Source: Candidatus Woesebacteria bacterium
GTDB taxonomy: Bacteria; Patescibacteriota; Microgenomatia; UBA8517
DNA: 64,000 nt
Direction: 5' to 3'
Assembly: GCA_963784785.1 (NCBI GenBank)
Contig: CAWASW010000007.1
Coordinates: forward strand, 66,394 to 130,393
Both the position numbers and the translations under genes were made by a program. Below the pieces are notes generated by a model. It saw only the letters and a program-made list of their open reading frames with translations. It had not been told where the DNA came from and ran no database searches. Positions 1 through 9,902 of the stretch are shown here, one piece after another. How positions within the stretch are numbered: position 1 is the stretch's first letter; each line of letters opens with the position of its first letter.

Positions 1-25
1 TGTATCTCGTAACTTGGTTATTATA

Positions 26-1027
26 CTAAGAACCAATCTTAAATTCAATGACATCTCCGTCTTTTACCATATAGTCTCTTCCTTCGCTCCTAACCTTGCC
101 TAATTCACGGCACACTTTCCAACCATTATTGGTCACAAAATAATCAAAATCGCAAACATCAGCCTTTATGAACTTTTTAATAAAATCGGTATGAATGACA
201 CCCGCTGCCTCTTGTGCCGATATTCCGTCATTTATTGTCCAGGCTCTAACTTCTTTTTCACCTGCAGTTAGAAACGTAATAAGACCTAGAGTCTTGAATG
301 CTTTTTGAATTAATTTATCTATTGCTGGCTCTTTTACTCCTAATTCTTTTAAATATTCTTTTTGTTCCTCATCTGATAGCTCTGCAAGTTCTGCCTCAAC
401 TTTTGCACAAACAGCAACTACCTGATTCTGGTCTATTCCTAGTTCTTTTGCATAACTAATTTCTAATTCCTCACTTCTTTTAACTTCCACCTCATCTACA
501 TTTACAACAACTAAAAATGGCTTTTTTCTGAAGTACTGAAGACTTTCAGTATCTGTGTTTTTTTTGGCCGAGTGCTTTTGTTCCATCTCTTCATCTGCAA
601 GGTCTAATTCTAGTCTTAGAATCTCTAAATCACTCTTTGGATCCTTGACTCCTTGCTTGATAACATCTGGATCACTAAAGGCACGGAGTACAAAACAAAT
701 AGCGTCTACTTGTCTTATATGATTTAGGAATTTATTTCCCAACCCTTCACCTTTTGAAGCCCCTTCGATTAAGCCTGCGATATCTACAAATTCTACAGTT
801 GCAGGCACTATCGGCGGCCTACTATGTACTTTGGACTCTGTACTTTGTACTTCGGCTAGCGCATCTAGCCGATTATCAGGGACTGGAACAATTCCTACAT
901 TTGGTTCAATGGTCGCAAATGGAAAATTCGCAACATATGCCATTTGTTTTTTCAGAAGTGCATTAAACAGCGTCGACTTCCCCACATTTGGTAACCCCAC
1001 AAGACCTACTTTTAAAGATGTGCTCAT
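26..1027 (-). CDS. ychF: Ribosome-binding ATPase YchF (Obg-family GTPase with C-terminal TGS domain)
   Basis: P-loop GLVGLPNVGKSTLFNAL at the N-terminus; length (333 aa) and the C-terminal TGS-like segment (GDVIEFKIG) are typical of YchF. Confidence 0.88.
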   Translation of the reverse strand: MSTSLKVGLVGLPNVGKSTLFNALLKKQMAYVANFPFATIEPNVGIVPVPDNRLDALAEVQSTESKVHSRPPIVPATVEFVDIAGLIEGASKGEGLGNKFLNHIRQVDAICFVLRAFSDPDVIKQGVKDPKSDLEILRLELDLADEEMEQKHSAKKNTDTESLQYFRKKPFLVVVNVDEVEVKRSEELEISYAKELGIDQNQVVAVCAKVEAELAELSDEEQKEYLKELGVKEPAIDKLIQKAFKTLGLITFLTAGEKEVRAWTINDGISAQEAAGVIHTDFIKKFIKADVCDFDYFVTNNGWKVCRELGKVRSEGRDYMVKDGDVIEFKIGS

Positions 1028-1100
1028 ATGTGTAGTGTATCATTTTTATAAAAGATCCAGAAAAAAATATTTAACACATTGTTAAAAAATTTATTCATAT

Positions 1101-3095
1101 TTATAAAGAATTAGGAAGCATAAAGATGAAAACATCATCTGGATCAAAAAGCATATCTGCCGGCCAAGTGTTGATACATAATCCATTGTTATTATTGCTG
1201 AGGAACAATACTTTCTCGTCGTACTCACCTGTACCCACAGGTTTCATGCCAACAGTAACTAGTTCACCGTGTTTTTGCTGTTCCATTTGCTGCCTCAGTA
1301 TCAAACCAATTTCAGGATGTATAACCTCTAAACCGAGAGCAACTGCTCTGTCACATATTCTATCAATTGTTGGCTTTTGAGATTCAAAGCCAAGGTCCCA
1401 AGCAGAAAGAATAACCACTTTTTCCTTTAAATCCATGTTGATTTTATCAAAGTTGATTTTTGAAATTAAATTTTTAGCATCAGGATAAACATAATATTGA
1501 TTTCTGGAAACTTTCTCTTGCAAATCTTGAATTACTTTTTTACCTATTTCTATATCCTTTATTCTGACTCTTTGTGATGGAAACACTGTATATATATTTT
1601 CTATATGATACTTTGCAAGTTTATCGAAAACTCCCGGTTTTAATGTACCCACAAATACTTTTGTGTCAGGTTTTATTCCATTCAATACTTCAGCAATTTG
1701 ATTTTCACCACAATCAAAAGAAGAAGCAATGTTTTTGTATAAATCTGAATACAAATCAGTACGTATATTATCAATACGAGGATCCTTCTTGTGGCCAAAA
1801 CCCTCTATCTCATTGCCTGACTCATACAAAAATTTGACCTCATCTTTAGCTAAATCAAAATTGCCACGGACTTTTTTGTCAATTTCTGTAAGCTTTTCCA
1901 TGTCGTTAACTTTTTTGCCATATTTATCACCACCTGGCAATTTCTCATATTTTTCTTTTGCAATATCAATAAATTCAGGTTCAAGATTTTGATCGCTATT
2001 TACTCCTCTAACTTCAGCCACAGATCCATTTTCCATTCTTACTGCAACTCTAGGTAATGACAATTTATCATCAGAATCTTTCGTAAAATAAATATAGATA
2101 TTACCTTGCTTTAAATAGTTTAATGCTGTCTCTTCTCCTGCGATACACCATCCAGTGCCTCTACCTTCAAGCGATTTAACTAGCTCGTCAGCTCCAGATC
2201 TTTGGGCAAAAGTTTTCCATTCCCCCTCTGTCCCAGACATTCCCCTCTCTTTAAGAGCGGTTAGTTGTTGTTCTCTTTGTCTATCTGCCAAATTATAATA
2301 GAGTTGGCCAAACCTACCCTGATAAGCTAGTTGTCCAAAATCATCCAGTTCTCTCTTCGCATCCTCCAAAACTCTTCGTCTTTCAATTACTTCATCTTTT
2401 TTTAGTCCAGCAATTGATTTCTCTTCAAACTGAATTTCTGCTACTTTCTTAACGTGTTTATACAAATTTGACAAAACCTCTTGATTTAACTCTGGAAAAA
2501 CACCGACATAGTTTTTGTCACGCTTGGGATAGGTAGCCTTTTGTTTATCAACTGATTTTAACTCGGATATATTTTTAAGTACATAAAAACGGAACCACGT
2601 TTCGGGATACGCAGATCTTGCGTCATCAGACAACAGATAATCGGTCCAATTTATTAGACTTGCTCTTTGTTCATTTTTTATGCTTTCAATTTCTTGTTTC
2701 TTAATATCATCACTTATCTCTAAATCTCCATGTCCACGTTCTCTAAGTAACCTTAGTTGGTTTTGAAAATGATTATCGGGAACATCTTCCTTTTTAATAA
2801 TTGACTCTTCTATAAAGGCACTGACTATTTGGTCTAAACGCTCACCGCGAGCTTTTCGTTCATCTTCTGTAATATCTTTTTCAAATGCTAGTTCTTCTAC
2901 CTTTTCAAGCATTTCAATAATTTTAAATGTCCGTGCTTCGGGATTAAGTTTATTTTTTTCTGGTAGAGATAATGTTGTTACGGCTAAATCCACGGCTGCA
3001 GAGCTAGATAATTTTCCATAGAATCTATTTATAAATTGTGCTCCTATCTCGGTAGTGGACTTATCTGCCATACTCACATTATATAGACAGTGCAA
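1101..3095 (-). CDS. Large hypothetical protein (664 aa), no recognisable catalytic motif
   Basis: Long uninterrupted ORF with coding-like composition; I recognise no conserved motifs. Confidence 0.5.
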   Translation of the reverse strand: MHCLYNVSMADKSTTEIGAQFINRFYGKLSSSAAVDLAVTTLSLPEKNKLNPEARTFKIIEMLEKVEELAFEKDITEDERKARGERLDQIVSAFIEESIIKKEDVPDNHFQNQLRLLRERGHGDLEISDDIKKQEIESIKNEQRASLINWTDYLLSDDARSAYPETWFRFYVLKNISELKSVDKQKATYPKRDKNYVGVFPELNQEVLSNLYKHVKKVAEIQFEEKSIAGLKKDEVIERRRVLEDAKRELDDFGQLAYQGRFGQLYYNLADRQREQQLTALKERGMSGTEGEWKTFAQRSGADELVKSLEGRGTGWCIAGEETALNYLKQGNIYIYFTKDSDDKLSLPRVAVRMENGSVAEVRGVNSDQNLEPEFIDIAKEKYEKLPGGDKYGKKVNDMEKLTEIDKKVRGNFDLAKDEVKFLYESGNEIEGFGHKKDPRIDNIRTDLYSDLYKNIASSFDCGENQIAEVLNGIKPDTKVFVGTLKPGVFDKLAKYHIENIYTVFPSQRVRIKDIEIGKKVIQDLQEKVSRNQYYVYPDAKNLISKINFDKINMDLKEKVVILSAWDLGFESQKPTIDRICDRAVALGLEVIHPEIGLILRQQMEQQKHGELVTVGMKPVGTGEYDEKVLFLSNNNNGLCINTWPADMLFDPDDVFIFMLPNSL

Positions 3096-3191
3096 TAGAT
3101 TTTACAATCCTTCCTTTATCATCCCTCTCCATCATTAATCTATCTTTATTTGGTTCTGGAATGCTTACCTTGAAGATGAAGTCAAAATTTA

Positions 3192-3512
3192 TCAAACGAT
3201 TCTTAAAGTTATAAGTTGGGACGGCGAAATGCATGTCCCAATATTCATTTCGCCAGAATCTCCATACAGCATGTTATATGGTTCATCTCCAGTGATATGA
3301 TAATGAGGATTAACAAAATTAGGAATACCTGAGTTACTTGGATAAATACGTGCTGCATGAAAATGATAGGTTAAACCGTTTTCTTCTGCATTAATCTGTG
3401 GGAGATCGACTATTACAATACCAGCATTGACGTCAGTTTCGTGTTTTTCATCAAGTAATTTAACAACATCTTGATGTGTTATTTTTAGTAGCAAATTATT
3501 AACACCGTCCAT
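3192..3512 (-). CDS. Small cupin-fold protein (putative)
   Basis: G(x)n-H-x-H-(x)3-E-(x)6-G-like segment GIPNFVNPHYHITGDEPYNMLYG resembles cupin motif 1. Confidence 0.35.
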   Translation of the reverse strand: MDGVNNLLLKITHQDVVKLLDEKHETDVNAGIVIVDLPQINAEENGLTYHFHAARIYPSNSGIPNFVNPHYHITGDEPYNMLYGDSGEMNIGTCISPSQLITLRIV

Positions 3513-3553
3513 AACAAAATTATATCACTAAATTTATTTTCAATATATTATTT

Positions 3554-3808
3554 ATGTTACAATGTGTTCTTATTTTAAAAATGACACTCGAAAAGCGCTC
3601 AGAAGATAGACATTTATATTTTGAACAGTTTGATCAAAAATTAGATAAAATCTTATATGATTTATCTAAAGGTCTAACACATAGGGAAATTGCTGATTCC
3701 ATTGGGTTCAAAGAAGGTACAGTAGACAAATTATTAGGCCGAGCTCGTAACGAACAACACAAGAATACAATGGAACTTATAACAGATTTCTGTAATAGAA
3801 GTTTGTAA
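3554..3808 (+). CDS. Small HTH protein (LuxR / sigma-70 region-4-like)
   Basis: LTHREIADSIGFKEGTVDKLLGRAR matches the LuxR-type HTH pattern. Confidence 0.4.
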   Translation: MLQCVLILKMTLEKRSEDRHLYFEQFDQKLDKILYDLSKGLTHREIADSIGFKEGTVDKLLGRARNEQHKNTMELITDFCNRSL

Positions 3809-3809
3809 A

Positions 3810-5270
3810 TTATACTTCCACAATTCGGTCCAGAAGTTCATCATCCCAGTAGAGCATTTTTTGCTCTGGGAAGAGGTAAGCTTTAGTAGGCTTTAGTTCT
3901 TTCATAAATTCAGGTGCATGGGAAACTATTATCATAGTTCCCTTGTATTCCTTAAGAGCTTCTAAAATAATTCTTTGAGACATAACGTCAAGATAGGTTG
4001 TTGGTTCATCAAGAATCAGTAAGTTATTATCTTTTCCTGTAAGACAAGCAATTGAAAGCCTTGTTTTTTCTCCACCCGATAAACTCCCCACTCTTTGAAG
4101 TTGTTTATCTCCAGCAAACATGAATTTCCCCAAAAAACTTCTTGCCATTCCCTCATTCATTTTTGTTGCTTCACAAAAAGTATCCATGACTGATTTATTA
4201 AAATCAAAAGTTTCAAATTCTTGTGAATAATAACCAACTGATAGTTCATCATTTCTGTACACCTCACCACTATCTGGTTCTAACATCTTCATCAAAATTT
4301 TAATAAACGTAGATTTACCTGCTCCGTTTGATCCGATTAAGGCAATCCTCTCCCCTCTTAAAATAGTAAAGTTCACGTCTCTTAAAACTTCCAAAGATCC
4401 GTAACTTTTTTTAAGGTCTACAGTTTTTATTGGAACTTCTCCAATTCTTTTAGGTTCTGGTAGACGAATTGAAATTTTCTTTAATTCCTGTGGAACTTCT
4501 GGAAGATCTTCCCTTTCTCTTTCTACTTTACGTCTTAAAATTGATTTTGTAGCTACAGCTCTTGAATTATTATATCTTTCCTCAGTTCTCTTTAGATGTC
4601 TTGATTTAATTTCTAATTCTTTTCTTAAGTTTTCTTCTTTGTCTTTTTTAAGCCTTTCATAATCAGAGTAAGTTCCTTTATATTCTTCAATTTTTCCATT
4701 GTATGGAGTAACCGCCAAAATCTTATCAAGTGACTGATCCATCAATTCCAAATCATGGGAGATAACTATTACTGCCCCATGATAATTGGCCAAAAATCTC
4801 ATAACCCATGCTTTACCAGAGATATCCATAAAGTTGGTTGGCTCATCAAGCATCAAAATATCTGGATTTTCAAAAAGAGCACGAGCCAATGCTAACTTAG
4901 TTTTTTGTCCACCGGATAATGTTTTGGGATTTTGCTCTAGAGCCACATTTAATTCAAGACCTTTAAACATTTTGTGAATTTCAAAATCAGCAAATTGAGT
5001 TTCTGAATCAACATATTGTCTGACGGTTGACGCTTTTTCCATTTTGGCATCGTGTTTTATTTCTTGAGGAACTAAACTAATTGTTCCTTCTAGTTTTACT
5101 TTTCCAGTGTATCCATGCTCTTCGCCTCTAATGATTGAAAGTATTGTTGATTTTCCAGATCCATTTGGACCCACAAGACCTACTTTTTGACCTTTTGAGA
5201 TACGAAAATTAACCCCTGAATAAAGAGGCTTTTCTCCAAACCCAAATGTGAGATCAGTTACTTGAAGCAC
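3810..5270 (-). CDS. ABC-F family ATPase (two tandem ABC domains, no TMD)
   Basis: Two Walker A sites (GLVGPNGSGKST, ALIGSNGAGKST), two LSGG signatures (LSGGQKTK, LSGGEKTR) and a charged inter-domain linker. Confidence 0.85.
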   Translation of the reverse strand: MLQVTDLTFGFGEKPLYSGVNFRISKGQKVGLVGPNGSGKSTILSIIRGEEHGYTGKVKLEGTISLVPQEIKHDAKMEKASTVRQYVDSETQFADFEIHKMFKGLELNVALEQNPKTLSGGQKTKLALARALFENPDILMLDEPTNFMDISGKAWVMRFLANYHGAVIVISHDLELMDQSLDKILAVTPYNGKIEEYKGTYSDYERLKKDKEENLRKELEIKSRHLKRTEERYNNSRAVATKSILRRKVEREREDLPEVPQELKKISIRLPEPKRIGEVPIKTVDLKKSYGSLEVLRDVNFTILRGERIALIGSNGAGKSTFIKILMKMLEPDSGEVYRNDELSVGYYSQEFETFDFNKSVMDTFCEATKMNEGMARSFLGKFMFAGDKQLQRVGSLSGGEKTRLSIACLTGKDNNLLILDEPTTYLDVMSQRIILEALKEYKGTMIIVSHAPEFMKELKPTKAYLFPEQKMLYWDDELLDRIVEV

Positions 5271-5299
5271 AGATGCCTATTATATCAGAACGAGGTTAA

Positions 5300-5758
5300 T
5301 TAAGCTGTGGCGAAGTTTTGGTATTTATCCAACCTGTCCACTCTTTTTACTAAATTATTAAAATCCTCCCCAGTTGGAGCATCCTCGTCAAGCGCATTAA
5401 GCTGTTTGCCTATCAAATCAGCCCTATCATTAATATCTTTGAATCCCTGCTTAGTTTCTTTTCTTAAATCACTTAAATTCAAGTTTGTATCATCAATTTT
5501 AGCACTCAGCTTTGCCTCAAATTGGTTTATTCTTGTTCCAAGTTTAGTTTCTACTTGGTTTATTCTTGTTCCAAGTTTAGTTTCTACTTGGTTTATTCTT
5601 GTTCCAAGTTTAGTTTCAACCTCACTTATTTTCCTTCCGAGTTTAGTTTCTACTTGGTTTATTCTTGTTCCAAGTTTAGTTTCAACTTGACCAATTTTCA
5701 CAACAAGATCTTTTTTCAAATCCTCAATCGCTTGAATTACCAATTTCGAATCATTCAT
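5300..5758 (-). CDS. Coiled-coil protein with 11-aa tandem repeats (TKLGTRINQVE x5)
   Basis: Translation shows five near-identical 11-residue repeats encoded by a 33-bp DNA tandem repeat. Confidence 0.6.
   Translation of the reverse strand: MNDSKLVIQAIEDLKKDLVVKIGQVETKLGTRINQVETKLGRKISEVETKLGTRINQVETKLGTRINQVETKLGTRINQFEAKLSAKIDDTNLNLSDLRKETKQGFKDINDRADLIGKQLNALDEDAPTGEDFNNLVKRVDRLDKYQNFATA
5514..5690. repeat. 33-bp near-perfect tandem repeat x5, in-frame inside the CDS
   Basis: ttggtttattcttgttccaagtttagtttctac repeated head-to-tail with 1-2 variant copies. Confidence 0.85.
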
Positions 5759-6022
5759 AATTATATTATTCTCTTTTTTTAAAAGTTTTCAACATATCAA
5801 ACTATGATAATATTTATCTAATGGCACATAACTATTTGAGAAAAACTACTTTTTATTTGATAAATATGGGGAATTGGAAGCTACCATTCAGTGGAATTGC
5901 TGTAATAGTAGCCATGTTAGCACTAACAGTTTATTACCTACAATTTAAAAGTAATAGAATTTTCAGACACAATATATGGCACATATTATCTGCAGGAATT
6001 TGTTACTTTTCAATCCTAACTT

Positions 6023-6787
6023 TCACTTCTTAAAAAAGTTACTTAATATATAAAATCCAATTCCAACCAATACTACAATTGGGCCGGTTGGAAGGTTAAA
6101 TGACTTGGCAATTATTATTCCAAAAACTGTAGACAGCAGGCCAATAGCTATTGATAAAAGATGATAACTTCGTATGCTTCCTGCAATATTTTTTGCAGTA
6201 ACAGCTGGGATTATTACTAACGCTCCAGTTAACAAAGTCCCCAAGAATTTAACGCCCAACGCAACGACCAATCCAACCAATAATAAATAAATTAAGTTAG
6301 TTTGAGAGATGTTTACTTTTTGTGCTTTTGCTAAATCCTCTGAAACAATTCCCAACATCAACTTTTTAGAAATTAATTTTGTAATAACAAATATAGTCGC
6401 TGCTCCCGCAACAATTATCAAGCCGTCAATAAATGTAATTTTATCAATATTTCCAAATAATGCCTCAAATATCTCAGGTTCTGGAGTAAGTAATATTCCA
6501 AGTGCTAAACTAGCAGTAAAGAAAATGCCGAATAGTGCTTCTGGATATACTTCCGATCTTTCACTTAAAAACCACACGGCAATTATCGCCAAAAATAAGG
6601 CAAAAATTGCACCAAGCATTGGATTAATACCAAAAGTAAGGGCTATCGCAATACCAGGTAGAGCTACATGGGAAAGTGCGTCCCCAACTAACGACATTCT
6701 TTTTAAGACCATAAAAGATCCTAAATAGCCAGATGCCGCTCCAACTAATCCCCCAATAAGTAATAAATATATTATGTCAGTGATCAT
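6023..6787 (-). CDS. ABC-3 family metal (Zn/Mn) ABC transporter permease (ZnuB/MntB/TroC-like)
   Basis: Polytopic membrane protein; N-terminal pattern LLIGGLVGAASGYLGSFMVLKRMSLVGDALSHVALPGIA is typical of the ABC-3 permease family. Confidence 0.8.
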   Translation of the reverse strand: MITDIIYLLLIGGLVGAASGYLGSFMVLKRMSLVGDALSHVALPGIAIALTFGINPMLGAIFALFLAIIAVWFLSERSEVYPEALFGIFFTASLALGILLTPEPEIFEALFGNIDKITFIDGLIIVAGAATIFVITKLISKKLMLGIVSEDLAKAQKVNISQTNLIYLLLVGLVVALGVKFLGTLLTGALVIIPAVTAKNIAGSIRSYHLLSIAIGLLSTVFGIIIAKSFNLPTGPIVVLVGIGFYILSNFFKK

Positions 6788-7397
6788 GTTTTAAATGTAT
6801 AGTTTGATCAGAATATTTTTTGACAATTTCTTCATCATGAGAAATAAAGATAATTGTTAAATCATTATCTTTTTTCAAGTTTTCGAACAATTCGTAAAAA
6901 GTCTCCTCCCCTTTAATATCTACTCCGGCAGTTGGTTCATCGAGAAGTAAAACATTAGGGTCTTTTAATAAAGCATAGGCAATTAAAATTCTTTGAAGTT
7001 CTCCACCAGACAAATTACCAAGTCTAGTGTTTAGTACTCTAACATCATGATGTTCATGTTCTGCCTTTAATTTAAAACCTACTTTAATCAAGATATCTTT
7101 TACGACTTTTAAGTCGATTTCTTTGAGATTTAAAAATTCCAAAACAGTAAGAGGCAAATCTTTTGAAATTGACATTTTTTGAGGAACGTATCCAATTCTA
7201 ACGTCTTCTGCCCATTTTATCTGCCCCTCGTATTTCACAAGATTCAATAAACACTTGAACAATACAGTTTTACCTGAACCATTTGGCCCAACTATGGCAA
7301 CCGTTGTATCACGAACAACATCAAAATTTAAATCATTTAATATTTTATGATTATTGAAACTAACATTTAAATTGTTAACTGTTAATATGTTTGTCAT
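6777..7397 (-). CDS. Metal ABC transporter ATP-binding protein (ZnuC-like)
   Basis: Walker A GPNGSGKT, signature LSGGELQR, Walker B LLLDEP; overlaps the permease gene (operon). Confidence 0.85.
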   Translation of the reverse strand: MTNILTVNNLNVSFNNHKILNDLNFDVVRDTTVAIVGPNGSGKTVLFKCLLNLVKYEGQIKWAEDVRIGYVPQKMSISKDLPLTVLEFLNLKEIDLKVVKDILIKVGFKLKAEHEHHDVRVLNTRLGNLSGGELQRILIAYALLKDPNVLLLDEPTAGVDIKGEETFYELFENLKKDNDLTIIFISHDEEIVKKYSDQTIHLKHDH

Positions 7398-8557
7398 ATT
7401 TTTAAAGTGTCACTTATTTTGACTTTGTATTTTATACTTCTGTAATAAGCAATAATCACCAAATTAACTAAAAATGTAGATAGCAACAATATAATCAAAT
7501 ATTGCCATCCAGCAGAAGTAAATCTTGGAAGTTCAGTCTTAGATAAGTATCCCATGATTCCTGACACAACTCCAATACTGGTAATGAGTTGCAACGATTT
7601 TATACTGTTATTTAAACTCTGATTTTCTATATCAGTTAATACTGACAAAACGTTTTTAACGTAATCTCTGGTCATGGACCAAACCTCTTTTATGTAAGTT
7701 AACGTATTTACCAAAGTCTCAAATTTATAGTCAAACACCTTTTGTAAATGTTCTTCCAATCCTAATTCGCTTGAAATCACCTGTCTAGTTTTGATGTACG
7801 ACCCCATCTGGTTTATTCTATTGTTTATAATACTGATAGTTCTATCATAACTATCAAGTTTAGATCTATTTTTGACTATTTCGCTGCCTTTAATACTTCC
7901 ACTGTCTTTAATATGAGTAATTTCTTCCCATATCGTTCTGTGTATATTCAAATATTTCTCTAACTGATCTTTGAACTCCCTAAAAAATATTTGCATCTCA
8001 ACTAAATTTGAAGCGTCCTTAAATTGAGTTTTTGTCACAGCCAAAACTATATAATTTGCAGTTTTAAAAACTGTGAATTTATCAGAATTAATTGTTGAAT
8101 AAACTTCCCCAAAAATCGATTCATCAACTTTGTAATCCTTGGGGCTCTTTGTCTGCACAACAACAACCGTCGGATGTTCAAGTTTTATATTTGCCAAAAC
8201 TTTTGGAGTTGGGGCTCCTAGAGAAAAAATATAAGATACTGCAGGATTTAATGTGTTCAAATAATAATTTTTGAGTTTCTCTCTTGATAACTCTATGTCA
8301 TCAGAGTCAAATTCAAGTAAATATAATCCATCTTCGTAATATTTTATAGATATTCCATTGCCATTCGTAGCATGTACATATTCAAGATATCCATTTTCTC
8401 TGGTACAGGTTGAGACATCTAAACTTTTTCTAAAAGCATCCAGTTGGTTCTGATCCAAAGGGAGTTTCGAAATCCCTTTATGTAAAAAGTCATATATCTC
8501 ACTTAAATGAAGTGTCGTCCGCTGATACCACCCCCCATAGAAAATCTTGTATTTCAT
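7394..8557 (-). CDS. CorA-like putative divalent-cation transporter with a degenerate GMN motif
   Basis: Soluble N-domain, long helical region and two C-terminal TM helices; GIMGY sits where CorA has YGMNF. It is the first gene of the metal ABC operon. Confidence 0.4.
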   Translation of the reverse strand: MKYKIFYGGWYQRTTLHLSEIYDFLHKGISKLPLDQNQLDAFRKSLDVSTCTRENGYLEYVHATNGNGISIKYYEDGLYLLEFDSDDIELSREKLKNYYLNTLNPAVSYIFSLGAPTPKVLANIKLEHPTVVVVQTKSPKDYKVDESIFGEVYSTINSDKFTVFKTANYIVLAVTKTQFKDASNLVEMQIFFREFKDQLEKYLNIHRTIWEEITHIKDSGSIKGSEIVKNRSKLDSYDRTISIINNRINQMGSYIKTRQVISSELGLEEHLQKVFDYKFETLVNTLTYIKEVWSMTRDYVKNVLSVLTDIENQSLNNSIKSLQLITSIGVVSGIMGYLSKTELPRFTSAGWQYLIILLLSTFLVNLVIIAYYRSIKYKVKISDTLKI

Positions 8558-8581
8558 AATTTAATATTATCACAAAATCTA

Positions 8582-9802
8582 CTACTCGTATCGTAATGCT
8601 TCGATTGGTTGTAGGTCACTAGCTTTTTTGGCTGGGTACCATCCAAAGACTATACCAATTATACCAGATACGCCAATTGCGAGGGCTATTGAACTTATTG
8701 AGATAGTAAATGGAAGACTCATAACTTTAGCCAAAATAAACGATATCAGTATCCCAAGTATCATACCCAAAAATCCTCCTAAAACTGTTAAAATTATGGC
8801 CTCAGTTAAAAACTGGGTTATGATAGTTTTCTTTTTGGCTCCCAAAGCTTTTCTAAGTCCTACTTCCCTAGTTCTTTCAGTAACTGTTACAAGCATGATA
8901 TTCATAATTCCAATGCCACCGACTAAAAGAGAAATTGCTGCAATTCCTGACAATAAAGATGTAAATATTCCTGTAATTGATGAAGCGGTATTTAAGATAT
9001 CCCCCTGATTCATAATTCTGAAATCTGCCTTTACTGGATCAGTTAATTTATGTCTATCTAGTAACAAATATCCAACTTGATCCTGCGCAGTAACCATTAC
9101 ATCAGCTGATTTTGCTTCAACTGAAATTGAATTTAAATAATTTTGTCCATATAAAACTTTCATTGCAGTTGTTAATGGAACGTAAACCATATCGTCTTGA
9201 TTCATAAAACCTGATCCACCTTTTTCCTTCGTAATACCAATAACCCTTAATGTCTGGCCCTCTATTCTTAGCGTTTGACCAACAACTGACGACCCTTCCC
9301 CAAACAAATCGATAACTACCTGTGGACCAATGACAACAACTTTGTTCATAGCATCAACATCATTTTGAGTAATGAAGGCACCAGTTGCCACTTCTATTTT
9401 TTTAACCTCTGCATATGCAGGAGTTACACCATAAACTTGTGTATTTGTGTTATTTTTTCCAGTTACTATCTGGCTTCTTCTAGAAATTTCTGGAGAAACT
9501 TTTGAAACAGTATTAACTGCAGCAGATGATACTATAGCTTTAGAATCTTCGTAAGTTAAAGTCGTAACAGCACCTCCGCCTCTGACATTACCTGACTGAA
9601 CGTTAGTAGGCGTTATTGTCAACAAATTACTACCAAGAGATTGGATTTGATCAGTAATTGATTTTTGTGATGCTTGCCCCAAAGAAACAAGAGCTATGAC
9701 AGAGCCGATACCGATAACAATTCCAAGAACTGCCAAAGCAGTTCTCATTTTATTTACTCTTAAAGTATTTAAAGCTTCTTCTACTATTTCTGCTACGTTC
9801 AT
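8582..9802 (-). CDS. MacB/FtsX-family ABC transporter permease
   Basis: N-terminal TM, large periplasmic domain and C-terminal 3-TM FtsX-type domain (LVGGIGIMNIMLVTVTERTREVGLRKALGA). Confidence 0.8.
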   Translation of the reverse strand: MNVAEIVEEALNTLRVNKMRTALAVLGIVIGIGSVIALVSLGQASQKSITDQIQSLGSNLLTITPTNVQSGNVRGGGAVTTLTYEDSKAIVSSAAVNTVSKVSPEISRRSQIVTGKNNTNTQVYGVTPAYAEVKKIEVATGAFITQNDVDAMNKVVVIGPQVVIDLFGEGSSVVGQTLRIEGQTLRVIGITKEKGGSGFMNQDDMVYVPLTTAMKVLYGQNYLNSISVEAKSADVMVTAQDQVGYLLLDRHKLTDPVKADFRIMNQGDILNTASSITGIFTSLLSGIAAISLLVGGIGIMNIMLVTVTERTREVGLRKALGAKKKTIITQFLTEAIILTVLGGFLGMILGILISFILAKVMSLPFTISISSIALAIGVSGIIGIVFGWYPAKKASDLQPIEALRYE

Positions 9803-9902
9803 ATATTAATTATCAATTTTCATTTATCAATTTACAATCAATTATCAATTCATCATTGTATCAATGAAAATTCAATGAAAATTGCAAATTGGAAATTGGA
9901 AA

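Noticed and set aside
754-1380. Antisense/shadow ORFs inside ychF and the 664-aa gene (754-966, 831-1085, 1126-1380 and similar throughout the ORF track)
   Set aside because: They overlap longer ORFs with clear homology or coding character on the opposite strand and have low-complexity translations. They are treated as non-coding.
5514-5690. Regular 33-bp direct repeats, a possible CRISPR array
   Set aside because: The repeats are contiguous with no spacers, lie in-frame within a CDS and encode an 11-aa peptide repeat. There are no cas genes nearby.
9885-9900. ggaaattggaaatt motif also seen reverse-complemented at ~29957-29975 as a possible dispersed repeat
   Set aside because: It is very short and low-complexity in an AT-rich genome. 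One copy is inside folD coding sequence, so it is likely coincidence.
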